A stretch of DNA of 64,000 bases from Ptychomitrium polyphyllum (Eukaryota): NCBI GenBank assembly GCA_973851085.1, contig OZ316776.1:2294001-2358000 (forward strand). Reading direction: 5' to 3'. Shown here in pieces: positions 42,050 through 62,000 of this stretch (its first letter is position 1; every line of letters starts with the position of its first letter). Both the position numbers and the translations under genes were made by a program. The notes under the pieces were generated by a model that was not told the DNA's origin, ran no database searches, and saw only the letters and a list, made by a program, of their open reading frames with translations.

Positions 42050-43910
42050 GATACCTTTGTCAGAGACCCAAGCCGTCACCGAAATTTTTGGTTTTATCAT
42101 GTTGTCTCCTTTATGCCTTCAGTATTATCAGAACTAGGAGTGACACTACTCAGTTTAGCTTCTCACAGTTCTCTGGTAATGACAGTACTATCAGGGCTTT
42201 TGGAGACGTCCGATACAGTGCAAAAAACCATTTCTATGCCTTGAACGCCAATTCGGTGGTCACTTCATCAGGAGCCTGTGGTTTGCTGCTCTATGGACAC
42301 AAAGACTTATGAATTCAAGATATTGCAGCTGGCCCGGTTGCTTCTTTTAGCACCCCCTTCACATCCAGATTTACAACTCCATCATTATAACTGGTTTGAG
42401 ATGATTTCAACAGCAGCAATACTGAGGTGGGAACCCGTTTTCCTTCTGCAATGAGTAATAATTTGAATCAAGCATGGGTTTTATCCTGGGCAGAGCAGTT
42501 TCGCCTTGTACTTTGGGTTAGCTGATAATCATAATGGCCCTGCCTTCAAGGCTGGCTCTACATACAACCTTTGTGGTAACAAAACCCACTGCTCATATCT
42601 AACAAATGGGGGAAGTTTTACAGCATGGATTGATTAGACTCCAAAACACGTACTCCAAGTGCAACTTCTGAATAGATCCTATCCTCATAAGGAAAACTAC
42701 TTAATCCTCTTTGAGATTCCTAATTTCAAACTGCCACCAAATATGGGAGAGGACACAACCCTCGCTGTACTCTGAAGATCCGCAATAAATCACATAACTC
42801 ATGAATTCTCATCATGGATCTTTTTCTGCAGTGTCAAACCAAAAACGACACCTGAGTCTCACAAAAAATGGGGTGCTCTTGTTTCGGGAACAACTGGAGC
42901 AGTTGCAACCCTTATGGCTCTCACTATGTTTGTTTGCGGCTTGCAAGACGTCAGAACTTCCAGTATAAAGGCTTAAGTTTTCCGTCAGGAGTACATCTTT
43001 TCTCCTACAAAGAGTTGCTCAAGGCCAACAAGTACTTTAGTGAAAATGAAAATATTGGAACTGGTGGAATTGGAACTGTTTATAGAGGTTCATTTGGTAC
43101 TAATACTTTAGTTGCTGAGAACGTGTCAATTACGAATCTGAGTACGCAGAGACAACCTTTCTTGCTGAAATCGTTAGTCTTGACTTAATCCAACATGGCA
43201 ACGTGGTTCACTTGCAAGGGATTGTGCCATGATAAGGATCGGTTGTTACCAATTTTTGACTACTGGCCAAATGAAAACCTCAATGAAAGATTCTTTAGAA
43301 GTAGTTATTTCCATTGTGAAGAGAAACCTGTGCTTTTATGGAATTACGGCATCGCATTTTAAAAGAGGTGGCCACAACTCTTGGATACTTAACACACTAA
43401 TTCTCTCCAATGTATTTTACATCGAGACATAAAATCTAGTAATGTCATGTTGGATGTAAATTTCACATTGCATCTTGGAGATTTTGGACTTGCGGGCATG
43501 ACGGATTACCAAAAACATAATAGAACCACTATGGCAGCAGTGCTCTTGGTTACATGGCGCCAGAGTTGCCGTATACTGGAAATGCAACAAAAGAATCGGA
43601 TGTTCCTAACTTTGGCATTTTGGTGCTTGAATTCATGTGTGGAAGGGAACCACTTAATCTTAAGGCACCGGAACAAGAGGAAATTGTGTTGTTATGCAAA
43701 AAGTGGCGAGCTCAAGAAGCAGACATTCCTTCGTGTTGTGGTTGTAAGATGCTCATGTTGTGGTAGACTATGTTAGGGGAGCAGTCGTATTGGATGTGTA
43801 TCGATACATGGTTTCTGAATGTACAGAAACTGTGCACCAAGGCACTTATGCGTAGATCTAGCAACTGAAGCTCCAGTTCAGCGTGCAAATAGAAGTCTTC
43901 AATCCCCCAA
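42050..43910 (+). pseudogene. L-type (legume) lectin receptor-like kinase pseudogene
   Basis: Colinear intronless remnants in shifting frames: signal peptide plus lectin start (TTQFSFSQFSGNDSTIRAFGDV...GLLLY), TM (GALVSGTTGAVATLMALTMFVCG, about 42870-42945), kinase (LFSYKELLKA...IGTGGIGTVYRG; CILHRDIKSSNVMLD...LGDFGLA; GYMAPELPYTGNATKESDV..FGILVLEFMCGREP). Many frameshifts and stops. Confidence 0.88.
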
Positions 43911-45629
43911 AGTTCCAGCATTTGTGATGATCTTGTAAGAAGTCACGAGAATATTACAAGAACAGTTTTAGCAGACACCTTGTGTTACGTTTATTTGGAC
44001 AGAGGGAACAGCTTCTCTGTGTCCACGAATTTGTATATTGACAACTTCATCTCAATATTGAAAGATTTCATTGCTGTAATATTGCAAGGGCCTGTTTACA
44101 CTTCGAGAGCTAGAGAGCTTGAGTTCTAGCACAAAGACACAAGGAGTACCTTGCTTGATGGACGAGACCATTATAAGTGGAGAACCTTTTATCCCAAGCC
44201 TAAAGGCAAATGGATACTCAAAATGAATTTGTGGTCCTATACTATTGTTTGTGATGTTCATCTATGGTGGTTCGACATTCGAAGTTGATTAATTTATGTT
44301 TTTTCAAGGATTTATAATTAAGAAAACCATGACTAGTTCTTTTGATTTAAAGACTATTTTTTAATTTTTTAATTTCTTTAATAAAATTAAAATGAAATAA
44401 TTTAGCAAAGGTATAGGAGTCCATTCACTTTTGTTGAATTGAAAAATATATAAATACTTTAAATTAGCAATCAAATTCTATAAGACTATGTTTTTCAATT
44501 TAAAAGTATCATTGCTTTTATATGGAAGTGAAACATGTTATATAAATATGTGTGTATCCTATAAATACACACATAACAAATCCTATAAATACACACATTT
44601 TGTACATGATGTAATTCAAATATGGAATTAAGCAACTACATACATTGGAAGACTATGATATTTTAATACAAAAAGAATTTGGAAATTTAAATGGTATCTT
44701 GCTAGAATTGGATTTTTAACATTCCAATATTTAAAAAAGACTATGATATTTATAAATCCGACATGATTACATGCTTTAAAACAATTAGCCAATAACCTCA
44801 ACAATATAGGATTTCTAAATAAATTCTAAATTTGAGGAATTATTTGAAAGCAATGCATTATGTAAATTGATTTATTTTTAATAAAAAACCAAATATCGTC
44901 ATTAACTAATAAGCATAAATTCAACACCCAAAAAATTTAATTGAAATTGGTTTCATTTGTATATTCCAATTTTAAATAGACATTATAATAATCAATAGAT
45001 CTATCTATCAAATAACATCACGCATTGCACATGATCTATGGACGTTTACCTTAGAGTTTCAACAAGTAATGTGATAAAAATGAAGTAAATGTTTTTAGAC
45101 TCTAAATTAAATAAGACTAACGAACCATGATAGTGAAAAGCAAATCATTTGCATCAACAGAGCAAACAAGATTACAATGCCGGCGACGAGGATGGTGACA
45201 ATTTTGGTGAAGGAGATGGTCGCACCTGCCCCTGCGTGGTATCACCGTAGTATCAACGGGGTATGGCACAGGTACCACCTAGTTCCGGAACGAGGTATCT
45301 TTGAAAGGTTCGGTGGATCTTCGTGGAATCTCCTCCGACTTGTGGGCGTAGAGTGAGGAATCTTGCGCAGTCTGAGGCTTCGTTGTGTGTTGCTGCAACG
45401 CTCGGTTGTCGAGAAACATATCAATGCGATCCAACCGCTCCGCTCGCCGGACCACCTTTGCGATCGGGATCTTCGGGTTGTTGTGATTCCGGCCCCTGCG
45501 AGCGCTTTTGTGATCTCTTTTCTGTGGTCGAGATTGCTGACGCTTTTCTGTTGAGGTTTGCGTTGCACGGAGGGGGAGGTTAGGGTTTGGAACCTTTGGG
45601 GGGTTGGGGTGGAGGGGGACGGGAAAGCG

Positions 45630-46256
45630 ATGGCGACTTATGAGTTACGGCAGACGGCGTATGTGAAGCTGGTGTTGCACGCGCTCAAGCACACGGCGTG
45701 CGCAGTGAACGGCGTCCTGATCGGACGCTGCGTGGGGGGAGGCGACGGCAAGGTGTCGGGTGTGGAGGTCACGGATTGCGTGCCGTTTTTTCATAGCCAG
45801 CTAGGGTTGCTGCCCATGCTGGAGCTCGCGCTGTCGCAGGTGGACGAGTATCTGGCGGCCAGCAAGGACGCGTCGTTGCAGATCGTGGGGTATTACCATG
45901 CCAACGAGCAGTTTGACAATTACGAACTGAGCTCCGTGGCGAAGAAGATTGGTGACCACATTGCCAGGCACTGCCCGCAAGCGGCCATTCTCTTGTTGGA
46001 TAATCGACAGCTCGTAGCGCTCGCGAAAGCGGGGAGCAGCGGGAAGGGTGCGCCCGTGGTGCAGTTGTACGTTCGGGAGGGCTTGAGCTGGCGGTTATCA
46101 GGGCCGGGTGGGGCGGATTTGCGGTTGAAAGAGGCGACTGCCAATAGCATTTTGAATGATTACATCAAGGAGGAGCGTGAGCGTCGCGTCGTTGATTTCG
46201 ACGAACATTTGGATGACGTTTCGAAAGACTGGTTGAACCCTACACTCTTCAACTGA
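45630..46256 (+). CDS. EMC8/9: ER membrane protein complex subunit 8/9 homolog (UPF0172, MPN-like); single exon
   Basis: Uninterrupted ORF from ATG 45630: YELRQTAYVKLVLHALKH, AVNGVLIG, DCVPFFH, PMLELAL, IVGYYHANE, ILLLDN, VVDFDEHLDDVSKDWLNP - hallmark EMC8/9 motifs. Confidence 0.93.
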   Translation: MATYELRQTAYVKLVLHALKHTACAVNGVLIGRCVGGGDGKVSGVEVTDCVPFFHSQLGLLPMLELALSQVDEYLAASKDASLQIVGYYHANEQFDNYELSSVAKKIGDHIARHCPQAAILLLDNRQLVALAKAGSSGKGAPVVQLYVREGLSWRLSGPGGADLRLKEATANSILNDYIKEERERRVVDFDEHLDDVSKDWLNPTLFN

Positions 46257-47635
46257 GTTGGTATTGGCTGTCGTTCGATTGCTCTCTTTTGTTTTAATTT
46301 TTTTGACACCATCTGGCACATCTTGAGGAATGGCACAATCAATTTGAGGTTTAGGTTTTCGTAGGATCGCCAATTGTCACCTTCTGTCGGTAGAGTAGGT
46401 GAAGGGTTTGCCATGGTTAAAACCCTATGTACCTGGGGGCTTTAGTTCCGCCCCGTCTTTCAGAAGAGATGGTTGCGCTAACATTTTTATTTGTAACAAA
46501 GTCCTGAGATTTTTAAAAACATTTAGAAACCAATGGCATTACTTTGCGGTTGGGTAACATACTAAAGCCAGTCAAGGTTCATGTCGTTATATGCGTACAG
46601 TGTTTCTTATTGAGCGACATGTCTGTGTCGTTACATCGTTGTCTTTTGAATGAAATTCCTAGACAATATTGCGAGTATCATTTTTCCCGTGTAGTAGATA
46701 TGATCTGTACAGTTCATTCTACAGATATTTAATTAAAGAACTAGGGTTAGGTTAATGTTTTCCATACACAAAGCGATGTTGTGTGATTTGCAGTTGAGGC
46801 AGAGAAAGTGATGTGACGTTCGAGTTGGCAAGGAAATGTTGTACTTATGATGGGAATCGAGACAATGTTGCATTCTACAGTCATTGCTTTTGCCACCCCG
46901 AGAGCTGAGATTGTCCCTTCGTGTTGAAAGATTATCACTTTGAGAAACTATAAGTTCAGCGACATGGAATCAATGCTTGCCCTTGATCCTTTATTGACCC
47001 ATCTGGATTTGAGTCATGTCGAACATTAGAATAAAGTCTCCTAAATTAGATAGGTCAACACTTGTCCTTTCACGAATCCTAATTGGCTACAATACATTGT
47101 GCCTCAGACGTTTGCTCAAGAGTAATGCATTCTACAGGTTGATTTACGAAATCATAGAAGGCAACTACGCAGCTCGATATCAACACCCCTGGAAATTCAA
47201 TTTCCATCCTTTTGATCTACACACTATCTACAACACGTAGGACTTTCAGGTTAAGAAGGCACTGTCCAAACAAGCAGCTAAAGTCTTACGAACCCCCGGT
47301 TTACTGCCTTGTAAAGCCTAGATCCTCAGTTGAAAAGCTTCCTGAATCTACTATCACTTTAAAACCTTTCAGTAAAGTCGTCCAGGAATGGTTAGAGCTC
47401 GATGTAGGTTACAATGAATCTGACGATTGTGACCTAACCGATGATGCTTCAAAAATTATGACCTGCTTCTCTAGGATAATATTTCTTTGGAAAAGTGCCC
47501 AACCCTGCAAGAGGACCGGAGGCATCTACGCATGTTTGGCGATTCCAATAATCAGTTTGTCCCGGAGAGACCATGAGGTGCTCCGTGGAGAAATCAAGAG
47601 AGCAACTGAGTGACCATGGGTCGAGTACAGCAGCG

Positions 47636-53470
<5,835 letters not shown>

Positions 53471-56400
53471 AACTATAGTTCAATCAAGTCTAGATCTGCA
53501 CGCCCCCCATACTTTCAGTACGGTCTGGCTTGATTTCTCAACCTCAAAATGATTTACATGCGCTCTACAGAAACCGTCCGCAACGTTAGTTCCTGAACAC
53601 TCTTTGAAGACCCAGGTTAAGCGGGCAAAGCAGCTCTTGTTGCATATGCCATACCCGCAATGATTATCGGAAGACTGAAACAAGATGTCCCTAGCAGCCC
53701 CATGAGCTGACCACAACCTCACATACCTCTCTCTACCTGCACCCAAGTACACCGCAAAGTCACTCTAAGTATCAGATTGCAGAAACCACGCACAATCAAA
53801 AGAACAGTTCTGGAACTCATGACCTCCCACACCCAACACACATCAACGAATTTGTTCGAAACCTCTGGTCAACAACTTGCCAGCCAGGAATACTAAACAT
53901 GATATCAAGAGTTAAATCAATATCCAAACCGACCTTCAAATGAACGAATTTGCCGCTACACCTAGTACAGTCCATTCGAGAACAAATAATACATGTGCAC
54001 ACGGAATTGCAACCAGTCGACCCTTGAAGTCTCTACTTCGATCGAACACTAAGGTCTAGAAAAGAACACCCAGTGCCAACTTAGATAAGAGTGATGATGA
54101 AAGGAAGGTCGATACTGGCGACATTGTGGAGGATCTTACCGGCCTTGGAAATCAGGATAAGTGCTTTTTCACAATCTAGCCGCTAGGCTGATGCGTTCTG
54201 GACAGAAGCTAGTTGCTTCATACTCAACGATCAGAGATGGTGCACATAGCAACGATCATCGCTTGGGTTGATCCAGTCTCCGAGATCGCCAAAGACCATT
54301 GATTCCTAGATACCTGGTGTTCAGACCAGGCTCCAGACTACAGAAGTTGTCAGTCAGGCAGCAACAACGAAGCGGCCTGGCACTGTGCTGGTGCCTGTGG
54401 CATGGCCGTCTTCGAAGCTAGGCCCAGCTTGCACTCCCATCCTATTAGACCAATGCAATTCAACAGACAACCCGGTTGACCTCACAAGGGTGGAAATCTC
54501 ATGAGATACAGAACAATGAGCCGCACATGATGAATATTGGAAAATGAAGACCACTTCCCTTTCCACTGTTGACGGTGTTGAGCTGGCAGTCAAAATATAG
54601 AAACTTCGCAGTACATGGAGTGTGTAGAACCCGTACTCCGCCCGATTGCAAGGGTTTTCCAACTGGCCCCATCTGCCATGTGGCCACCTCTATTTATGCA
54701 TTTGTTTAATGGTTTGATTCTTTGAAGATGTGTAATAGATTCTGATTTTTCTCACCTGCATGATTCTCTGGCACTCAAGGCTACTCTTCCCCCCTCCACA
54801 CAAGCTGGCAGTAATCCTTCAACGCACTGGCTCACTGCCGCACTAGTTCTGTACAATGTGCAGGCTTTAGTGCATATTATAGAGTACAGTACAGTACTCT
54901 TCGTTGTGTGGAGTCTGGAAACTTTTTGCAAGCATTTAAAACGTTGGTTTTGGACTTTGCTCGGATTCTCAAATGGCCTACCTGGCCCCTACTGCGTGGC
55001 AAAGAACATCCTGATGCTTTGTCAAACTCAGCTCTATTTGCTTCATGTCTTTGAGGTTTTTGTATATTCTGGTGAAGCAATGATAGGAGGCAAGCAATGT
55101 GGTCAACATTAGAATTTAATTTCCCACTACTTTCATCTGTGTTTTATCAATGAACATGTGATTGATTGTCTCTTATATAAACAAAAGTTTTAATTCTTCA
55201 CTTCATTTTTTCTTTTACTTGTAAAAATATATGATTGATCTTATTAATGGATTTCTTGGTTTTACCTCTTATTCTTTCTTATTTTTAGATTTATCTTGTA
55301 TCTACATATTATTGGCATTGTCTACAAGATTGTTTGACAAGTCACTCAAGAAATTAGAATTGATTACACTATTATGTGGCATCAAGAATAAATCTAAAAT
55401 ATTTAGATAAATCTGCAATGCTATAGATGACACTTACATTAGGCTTCATGACAAATCCAAATTAGTGCTTGTTTGAAATAATTATTGGAATTAACATAAC
55501 TACCATAGTGTTTTTTTGTAGGTTGTTTGTAAGTAACTATAATGTAGATTTAGTAACATTTATGAAGATGCATATGACAAAGCACTACATAGTGGTTGTA
55601 TAAAGATTTAAAATACATTTGCACAATTTTAAAATAGTTGGCAAAGTTTTATTATTCTTCAAGAATAAAAATTTTAATTTTCAATATCTTATATATAGCT
55701 CAAGTTATTTAATCTTATTTCAGATCACATAAATTAATTTAAATATACAATATCAAAAATAGCAATTTGATGAGCCACTTATGACACATAATCTTAATTT
55801 TAAACATCTATCCTATTAATAAAATAATGAGGTTCAAACACATGATAAGATGGAATGATTTAGAAAGGCATTATTTCAAGTTTAGAACATTTGTATTATA
55901 AAAATAAAATCCTAAATTAGACACAAAATTATATATATGTTCATTTGGTTGTTTGGTTTCATTGTATTTTTATACACTTTAATACTATACATGTTTAATT
56001 ATGAATGATTATATAATACAATTCGAAAAAAATTATAATAAAAAATTAACCTTTGAAGTTCTTTAGAAATCAAATAAAATCTCAAATAATCAAAAAATAT
56101 CAGTTTTTTAATGTTTGAAAATTAAATAATAAAAAATCAACAATGTTTTCAATATTATATTCTTACCTATGTCCCTTACATCATGAGCATTTATGATCTC
56201 CTCTAAAATATCCATATACACAATTTTAAAAAGTTGAAATTTAAAACATAAGTACATATCATAATAAAATTCTATTTAAGCAATTTGATCTAATTCATTA
56301 CAAAGCTTGTAGTTACTTAGAAGATAAATAGATTCAACACTCTTTCCTAGTTTTAAGTTCATTAACAATAGAATTATGGATCTACATCTAAATTCTTTGG

Positions 56401-59099
56401 ACACCTCAAAAAGTCCATCATTTATGCTTTGCATAATTAACGGAAATCTGGGTCTCTTGTGACCCACTACTCACAACGTTAACATTAACACGCAGTTTCA
56501 TAACGATACCAGATGCGTTCATAAAATTTGCCCTTAAAAGAACAAGCAATGGATATTACACGTTGTTTACTGTTGGTCCATACGTAAGCACAGTTGGCAC
56601 ATATTATAAGTTACATAATTAGCAATATTAGGTACCACTGCCAGTGACTAAAAATAAGTAATTAAGACTTGACTTTTGATACCAAAGTCGGGAGCCCGTA
56701 AGTAACTCAAGTCAAACCGGCATTATGCAAGTGCAGGCTTTTATAAGCAATTACAGAAAAAGAGCCGAGAATGCTCACTACCTCCAGTGACTGCTGTACC
56801 AGGCTGTACGACAGGCAACAATGTTTGCAATACAGTCAGTGCCGATGTAAGGTGCTTTCTCACCGACTGTCTGGATCAGTGCTGCACTACAAGAGTATTA
56901 GATTGTCCTTTGCTATTTTCTTAATATTCCATGGCATTTTTCATAAGGAGTATTACATTCACAAATTTTTTATGACTTTGATGTTGTAAATTTTACAACG
57001 CTTCCACTGTCATTGTAGTATGTGTCTTTATCATACAGAAGATCAACTTGAAGAAACTAGCAATACTGTTTGTAAGTAAATAGAAGATTATAGTCTAAGT
57101 GGTGAGTCATGTTAAAGGGGAACTAATTTTTAGGCAATCAGTGTAATATCAAAAAAATTAACACCATATTTGTATGAACATAGGACCTTTCCGAAAACAT
57201 TGAACTGGGAAGGTACTGATATGAGAGGCATCACTTGATATCATGCACCACACTATATGAATACTTGGATAAAAAAAAGGCTAGCACCACATGATATTAC
57301 GCGATTGTCAAGCTTTATAAGTTTGGAGGTACAGTTGGATATACATGCTTGCTGTGTGAGAAATTATGAGAAAATTATGTGCCTTTTCTAGCAAAGACTT
57401 TGACATTGTAAAATTTACTTTTGCTTGTCTTTGAATTCTTGCAAGATTAGATTTGTTGCTTTTGAAGGACACCTCTAATAAAAACCACTTCATTGCAAGG
57501 AAGAAACACATAGCGGTACTGTCAAGCACTCAATATAGGATGGTGTGGAAATCAAAGTGTCACTTGTTGGTCCATTACCAAACAGCAAACTTCAGCAATA
57601 ACTGGTTCACTCTCATGGCACACAAGAAATAATACCGACAGGTTATGAATATGAAACTGGTAGGCAATCAATGCATTGGAATATCAAATATATGGTATTT
57701 TGCTATCCACATTAACAGGGTGCTTTGCGTGGTTGCAGGAAATGTGGCTTCTGGAGAGGCTTGAGAGCCAAGCATAGGGACGTGGGAGGTGCAAAGCGGT
57801 TGGAACAGTCCAAGTTATGGCAGCATGCTTCTCTGTGCATAGAAGTGGGACCCATCTTCCCAGCTGAAATATTAAACAAGTTGATCAATAAGGCAGCATT
57901 GTTGACTTTTGGGACCATGCCAGACAACTCTCATCAACTACTCTATTCGTTAAGTCAACTCTTGCCTTTGGTCTCCACCACTGGCCTCTTCGCAGCAGGC
58001 CAGATGGATAACTCAACTTTGGGTGTGGGCATTGCTCTCAGATATCATGGCGATCTACAAACCTAGACCGAATCTTACCGGCTGTCTAGTCATTTTACTG
58101 TTAGACCATGAGAAAGGCATCTTCGTGCTATTACGTGAAGGGTCACATTAATCGACCCCTTACTTATTCCCAGTGAACCCAAAGTACATTCGCCTGCGCC
58201 TCTTTATGTCACCACTCAAGGGCAGTTCAAAGCTATTCAAAGTTCTGTCTGCTCCGTGCAGCGAGATTTTGTGGATAAGACTAGTGACAACATTCCAAGA
58301 CGGAGGACCAATAATGGAGGCTAAACATGTTTGGTAGGTTTAGGGTGTTCTACAGAAACGAGGCCAATACATATTTTCCACTATTCAGCGGAACATGCTC
58401 CGCAAGACTGTGCTCTATCTACATGTGTAGGATTTGAGCAACGATCCCTATGGATGTGCAACTCTCTCCACATCCATTCTCACAAGAACATTTTCGTAAA
58501 CATTCTTGCAAGAATTGCGACGCCTACTGTTTAGGGTTACCAGCTAGTTAGGATTTATTGTATGTTTGCGTGAATGCCTGCTGTATGTAATTATGCTGTC
58601 AAAGTTTGTAAGGGTGAGGTTATGACATTTCAAGAATTTGACATATATTTGATTTGAGCAATTCCATTCTTTGATGTAAATATAGTTGTGTTTAGGATTC
58701 AAAGGTATAAGAAGAAATGACTTGTAGAAGCACTCAAAGGAATATCTCATGGCAGCTCGCACATGGAGACTTGTAGTCTTATAGAATAAGGACAGTAGGA
58801 GACTAGTAGGACATCCTTAAATTTTTAAATAACCTTTTTCTAGTAAAACATGAAGAGGTCAAAGGAAGGAAACAATTGAGCATTTCAATAAACAAGAGGA
58901 AGAGCCTTGACATATAAATAAACAAACATCCATTTGACTCATAGGACATAATTGGTTATCATCTATGAATGGATCAAATAATCTAGTGTGCACAAGGATG
59001 TATTTTTGATGTGTTAGGAAATATGTAAGGGGTTGATTCATGTGACTCTTACTTGAAAGAATTCCGTGTTTATCAGCCAATTTTGTGTAATCTTTTTGC

Positions 59100-62000
59100 T
59101 TTTCTTGGTTCTCTGGTAAAATAGAATTTCACAATGTTTGCAAAGAGTGATTACATTTAAAAGTACTGAAAACATTCTCAGCAGGGCGGAGGGAAGTTAC
59201 TATCCAGGTGAAAATGTGCATAGTCTTTTGGATCCTGTTTTTGTCTGTTGAAATCAGCTTGGATGGTTCAAGATGTGTTACTTGCATTGTTTCCAAGTTT
59301 CTATAAAGCTGCAGCATCAAACGATTTCAGGTCCAGTAACGTACATACGATTTGGACTTCGTGGCTTGGGCATTTTGAAGGAACACAAGAATCCAACGTT
59401 CGTCAATGCTAAGACCAATTTTCAATTCAAAGCATTCTATAAGTGTTGACAATCTTCAAAGGATAAGGTTGTGGAACTTAGTGTAACGTGACATTGAAGC
59501 GTCCGGCTTTACCCAATCCTCTGTTTGTCCAGTGGGCAAATTGGTAAATTGGCAAGTTTTCTGCATTCGACTTGCCAAATGAGGATTTTCTGTTCGATTT
59601 CAGCCTGATTATTCAGCAAATTCTTCCTGGTTACAATATAGAAGTGACTGCTAAATTGTATCACATTCCTTGTGCAGACGTTTCAAGCCTATGTCTGAGT
59701 GGTGAGTTTGTTTACCAACGTCCATGTCTCAATTTCTTCTTAATGTGGTGCGTGGGGGTTTTGGACAAGAAAACTCATATCTGCTCTTGATATGTGCATG
59801 AAGGATTTTGACGTGGTTTTGATGATGTGAGTTCGAAATGGTTGTTGTCAGGTAAATCATGGCTATGTTAAAGTCTAGTAAATTATGAAGCTTAGTTTCT
59901 GTTTTATAGAAATCATCAATGGTACCCAGTATCAGTATGCTTTGCAGGGATGATTTATAGAAGCACAACGTGAAAATTGGGTGCTCTATCTATCTTCTTA
60001 CAGCTCATGTTTGCTCCAAAAGCAACTTGTTTCAGCAGACCAAATATATCAGTAGTGTCCAAAACGATGATATTGACCCGTTATTCATGTGGTCCTCGGA
60101 TTGGATCGATTTTCTGAATTGGTGTCTAGTATGAGCAAGACAAATGATTTTCTACATAGGAAATGACAAATAAAGACTCAGCATTCCTGGATTCAACCAT
60201 CAAGTTGCAAGTTCAACTGATCAACACTTTTACCTTGCTTAACTGTGCAGATGGTTCAGCAATATAACGGACTTCTTTGATTCGACACGATATGAATTCG
60301 ACACGATACCAACGTAATTAAAGCAACTAATCATTTTATCGTGATCATTTGGCTTCATCATGCAAGTATACATATGGAGCGAAAATCTCTTGAACAGTGG
60401 GCTTTTCAGATGTAGAATAGAATGGAGGTTCCGCAGCTGCGTGAAACCACATAGTAAAACAGACTTAAAATAATGGAGAAATAATGCAGTTCTTTCCAAA
60501 TTTCCGAAGCTCGCAATCGAAGCTTAAGGAGTACTCTGAATTAATTTGCCGGCATCTTGACCATAGGTGAACGGAGTGTGGGGACCAGGGTAGTTTGTAC
60601 CACAGTGTAGTAAGCCTGAGCTTTCCCAGATGCTCCTTCACATTTTGTCTTCAGATGGTAATATTGTGATGCAGCACTGCTACATGGAAGAGATGGAACA
60701 GTAATGGCTGAAGCTATTCAATGGTGTGGTATTACATAAAGAGAGATAATTCAAGACGCATCCGTGAGTGGAGTACCAAAGCATTCGAAACATCTTGATA
60801 ATTTTATTTAGTACTTCATCAAATGATATTGAATGTTGGTGCAATAACATTTTTATCGCAGTTGCCAATGCAGAAAATATTGCCTATACCAAAACCACAA
60901 TACAATCTTCCGCAGGACTTTTATGATCGATGCTCAAGCTTTTAAGAAGGACTTCATTACCTATATATTCGATGAAAGACATTTTCAGTTAAATTAACAC
61001 GGTAGAGACACATCTTCGTTGATCAGAACAGTGAGGCATGCGAAAGGATTTGAAGGTGTATCCACGGCACAATTATGGTATACAAGAAGGGCTGTTGCAG
61101 CCTTGCCGGACATAAGTAAAAAAGTACTTACTGCAACTGCGCAAGCTCCACTTGCATGCAACCCAAGGTCCGCAGAATATTTTGGATCACAATGACTGGT
61201 CCTTCTTCATGTCCTTTACGTACCTGTACACAATTATGGTGTCCATATCATAGTGATACAACTCACCAAGCGCACTAGAATTCTTTCGTTTCGTTTTGAA
61301 GATGTTTTCCTAAGTCTTCGTCATGATCAGAAGATACACCTGGGATGTATGAATGAAACAATTGGAGTCCTCCTGGCTGGTAGAGAACAGCATTGGTCCT
61401 CCAGTCTTGACCAAATGCTTCTGCGCTGTTGACTACAATGTCGCGTCTACTGTTAAAGCTGACTTTTCGTGGTTTGGTATCATCCGGGGTGTCATCAGAA
61501 TCTGTAGGACGTAAGGAGTAGCAAGGGTTGGGATGGGACTGGCCTGTACGTGAAGGGGTTTACACACAGTGCATACAAGCCTGATCATATCGCTCAGTCC
61601 ACGCACACATAAGAAATTAGGGATCTCGCTGTAACACCCCAATTTATCCAAAGCTTGCCCCATGCATCCGAAGAACTTCCCTTCCCGAAGTGATCCAGAA
61701 CCTGTAGGAGCAGAATCTTGAAGTTAGAGGCAGTTGGTGTTTTAGCTACTTGCCACCATGACTAGTCATCCTTATATCCAAGGATACAATCTGTATCCTT
61801 GGATTGCAATCCGTGTGTAAACATTCTCCAAACCACTAACAGAAGGAATTTGCGAGCACTTCATCTTCTTTGCAGGCCCTGCAACATCGCTTTGCTAAGG
61901 ATGAACTTCACATAGCTTGGAAAGGTGAGGTAATGCAGTTGATATTTCGAAATACAGTACTTTACACTGTTTTCCGGTTATACTGGTATTTCCCACTTTC

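Noticed and set aside
28322..46256. Possible biosynthetic gene cluster around the PKS
   Set aside because: Neighbours are a RING protein, pseudogenes and EMC8/9; I see no tailoring enzymes such as P450s, reductases or transferases, and no transporters.
57712..58066. 113-aa plus ORF and 71-aa minus ORF
   Set aside because: No recognisable motifs; may belong to the adjacent decayed region but cannot be supported.
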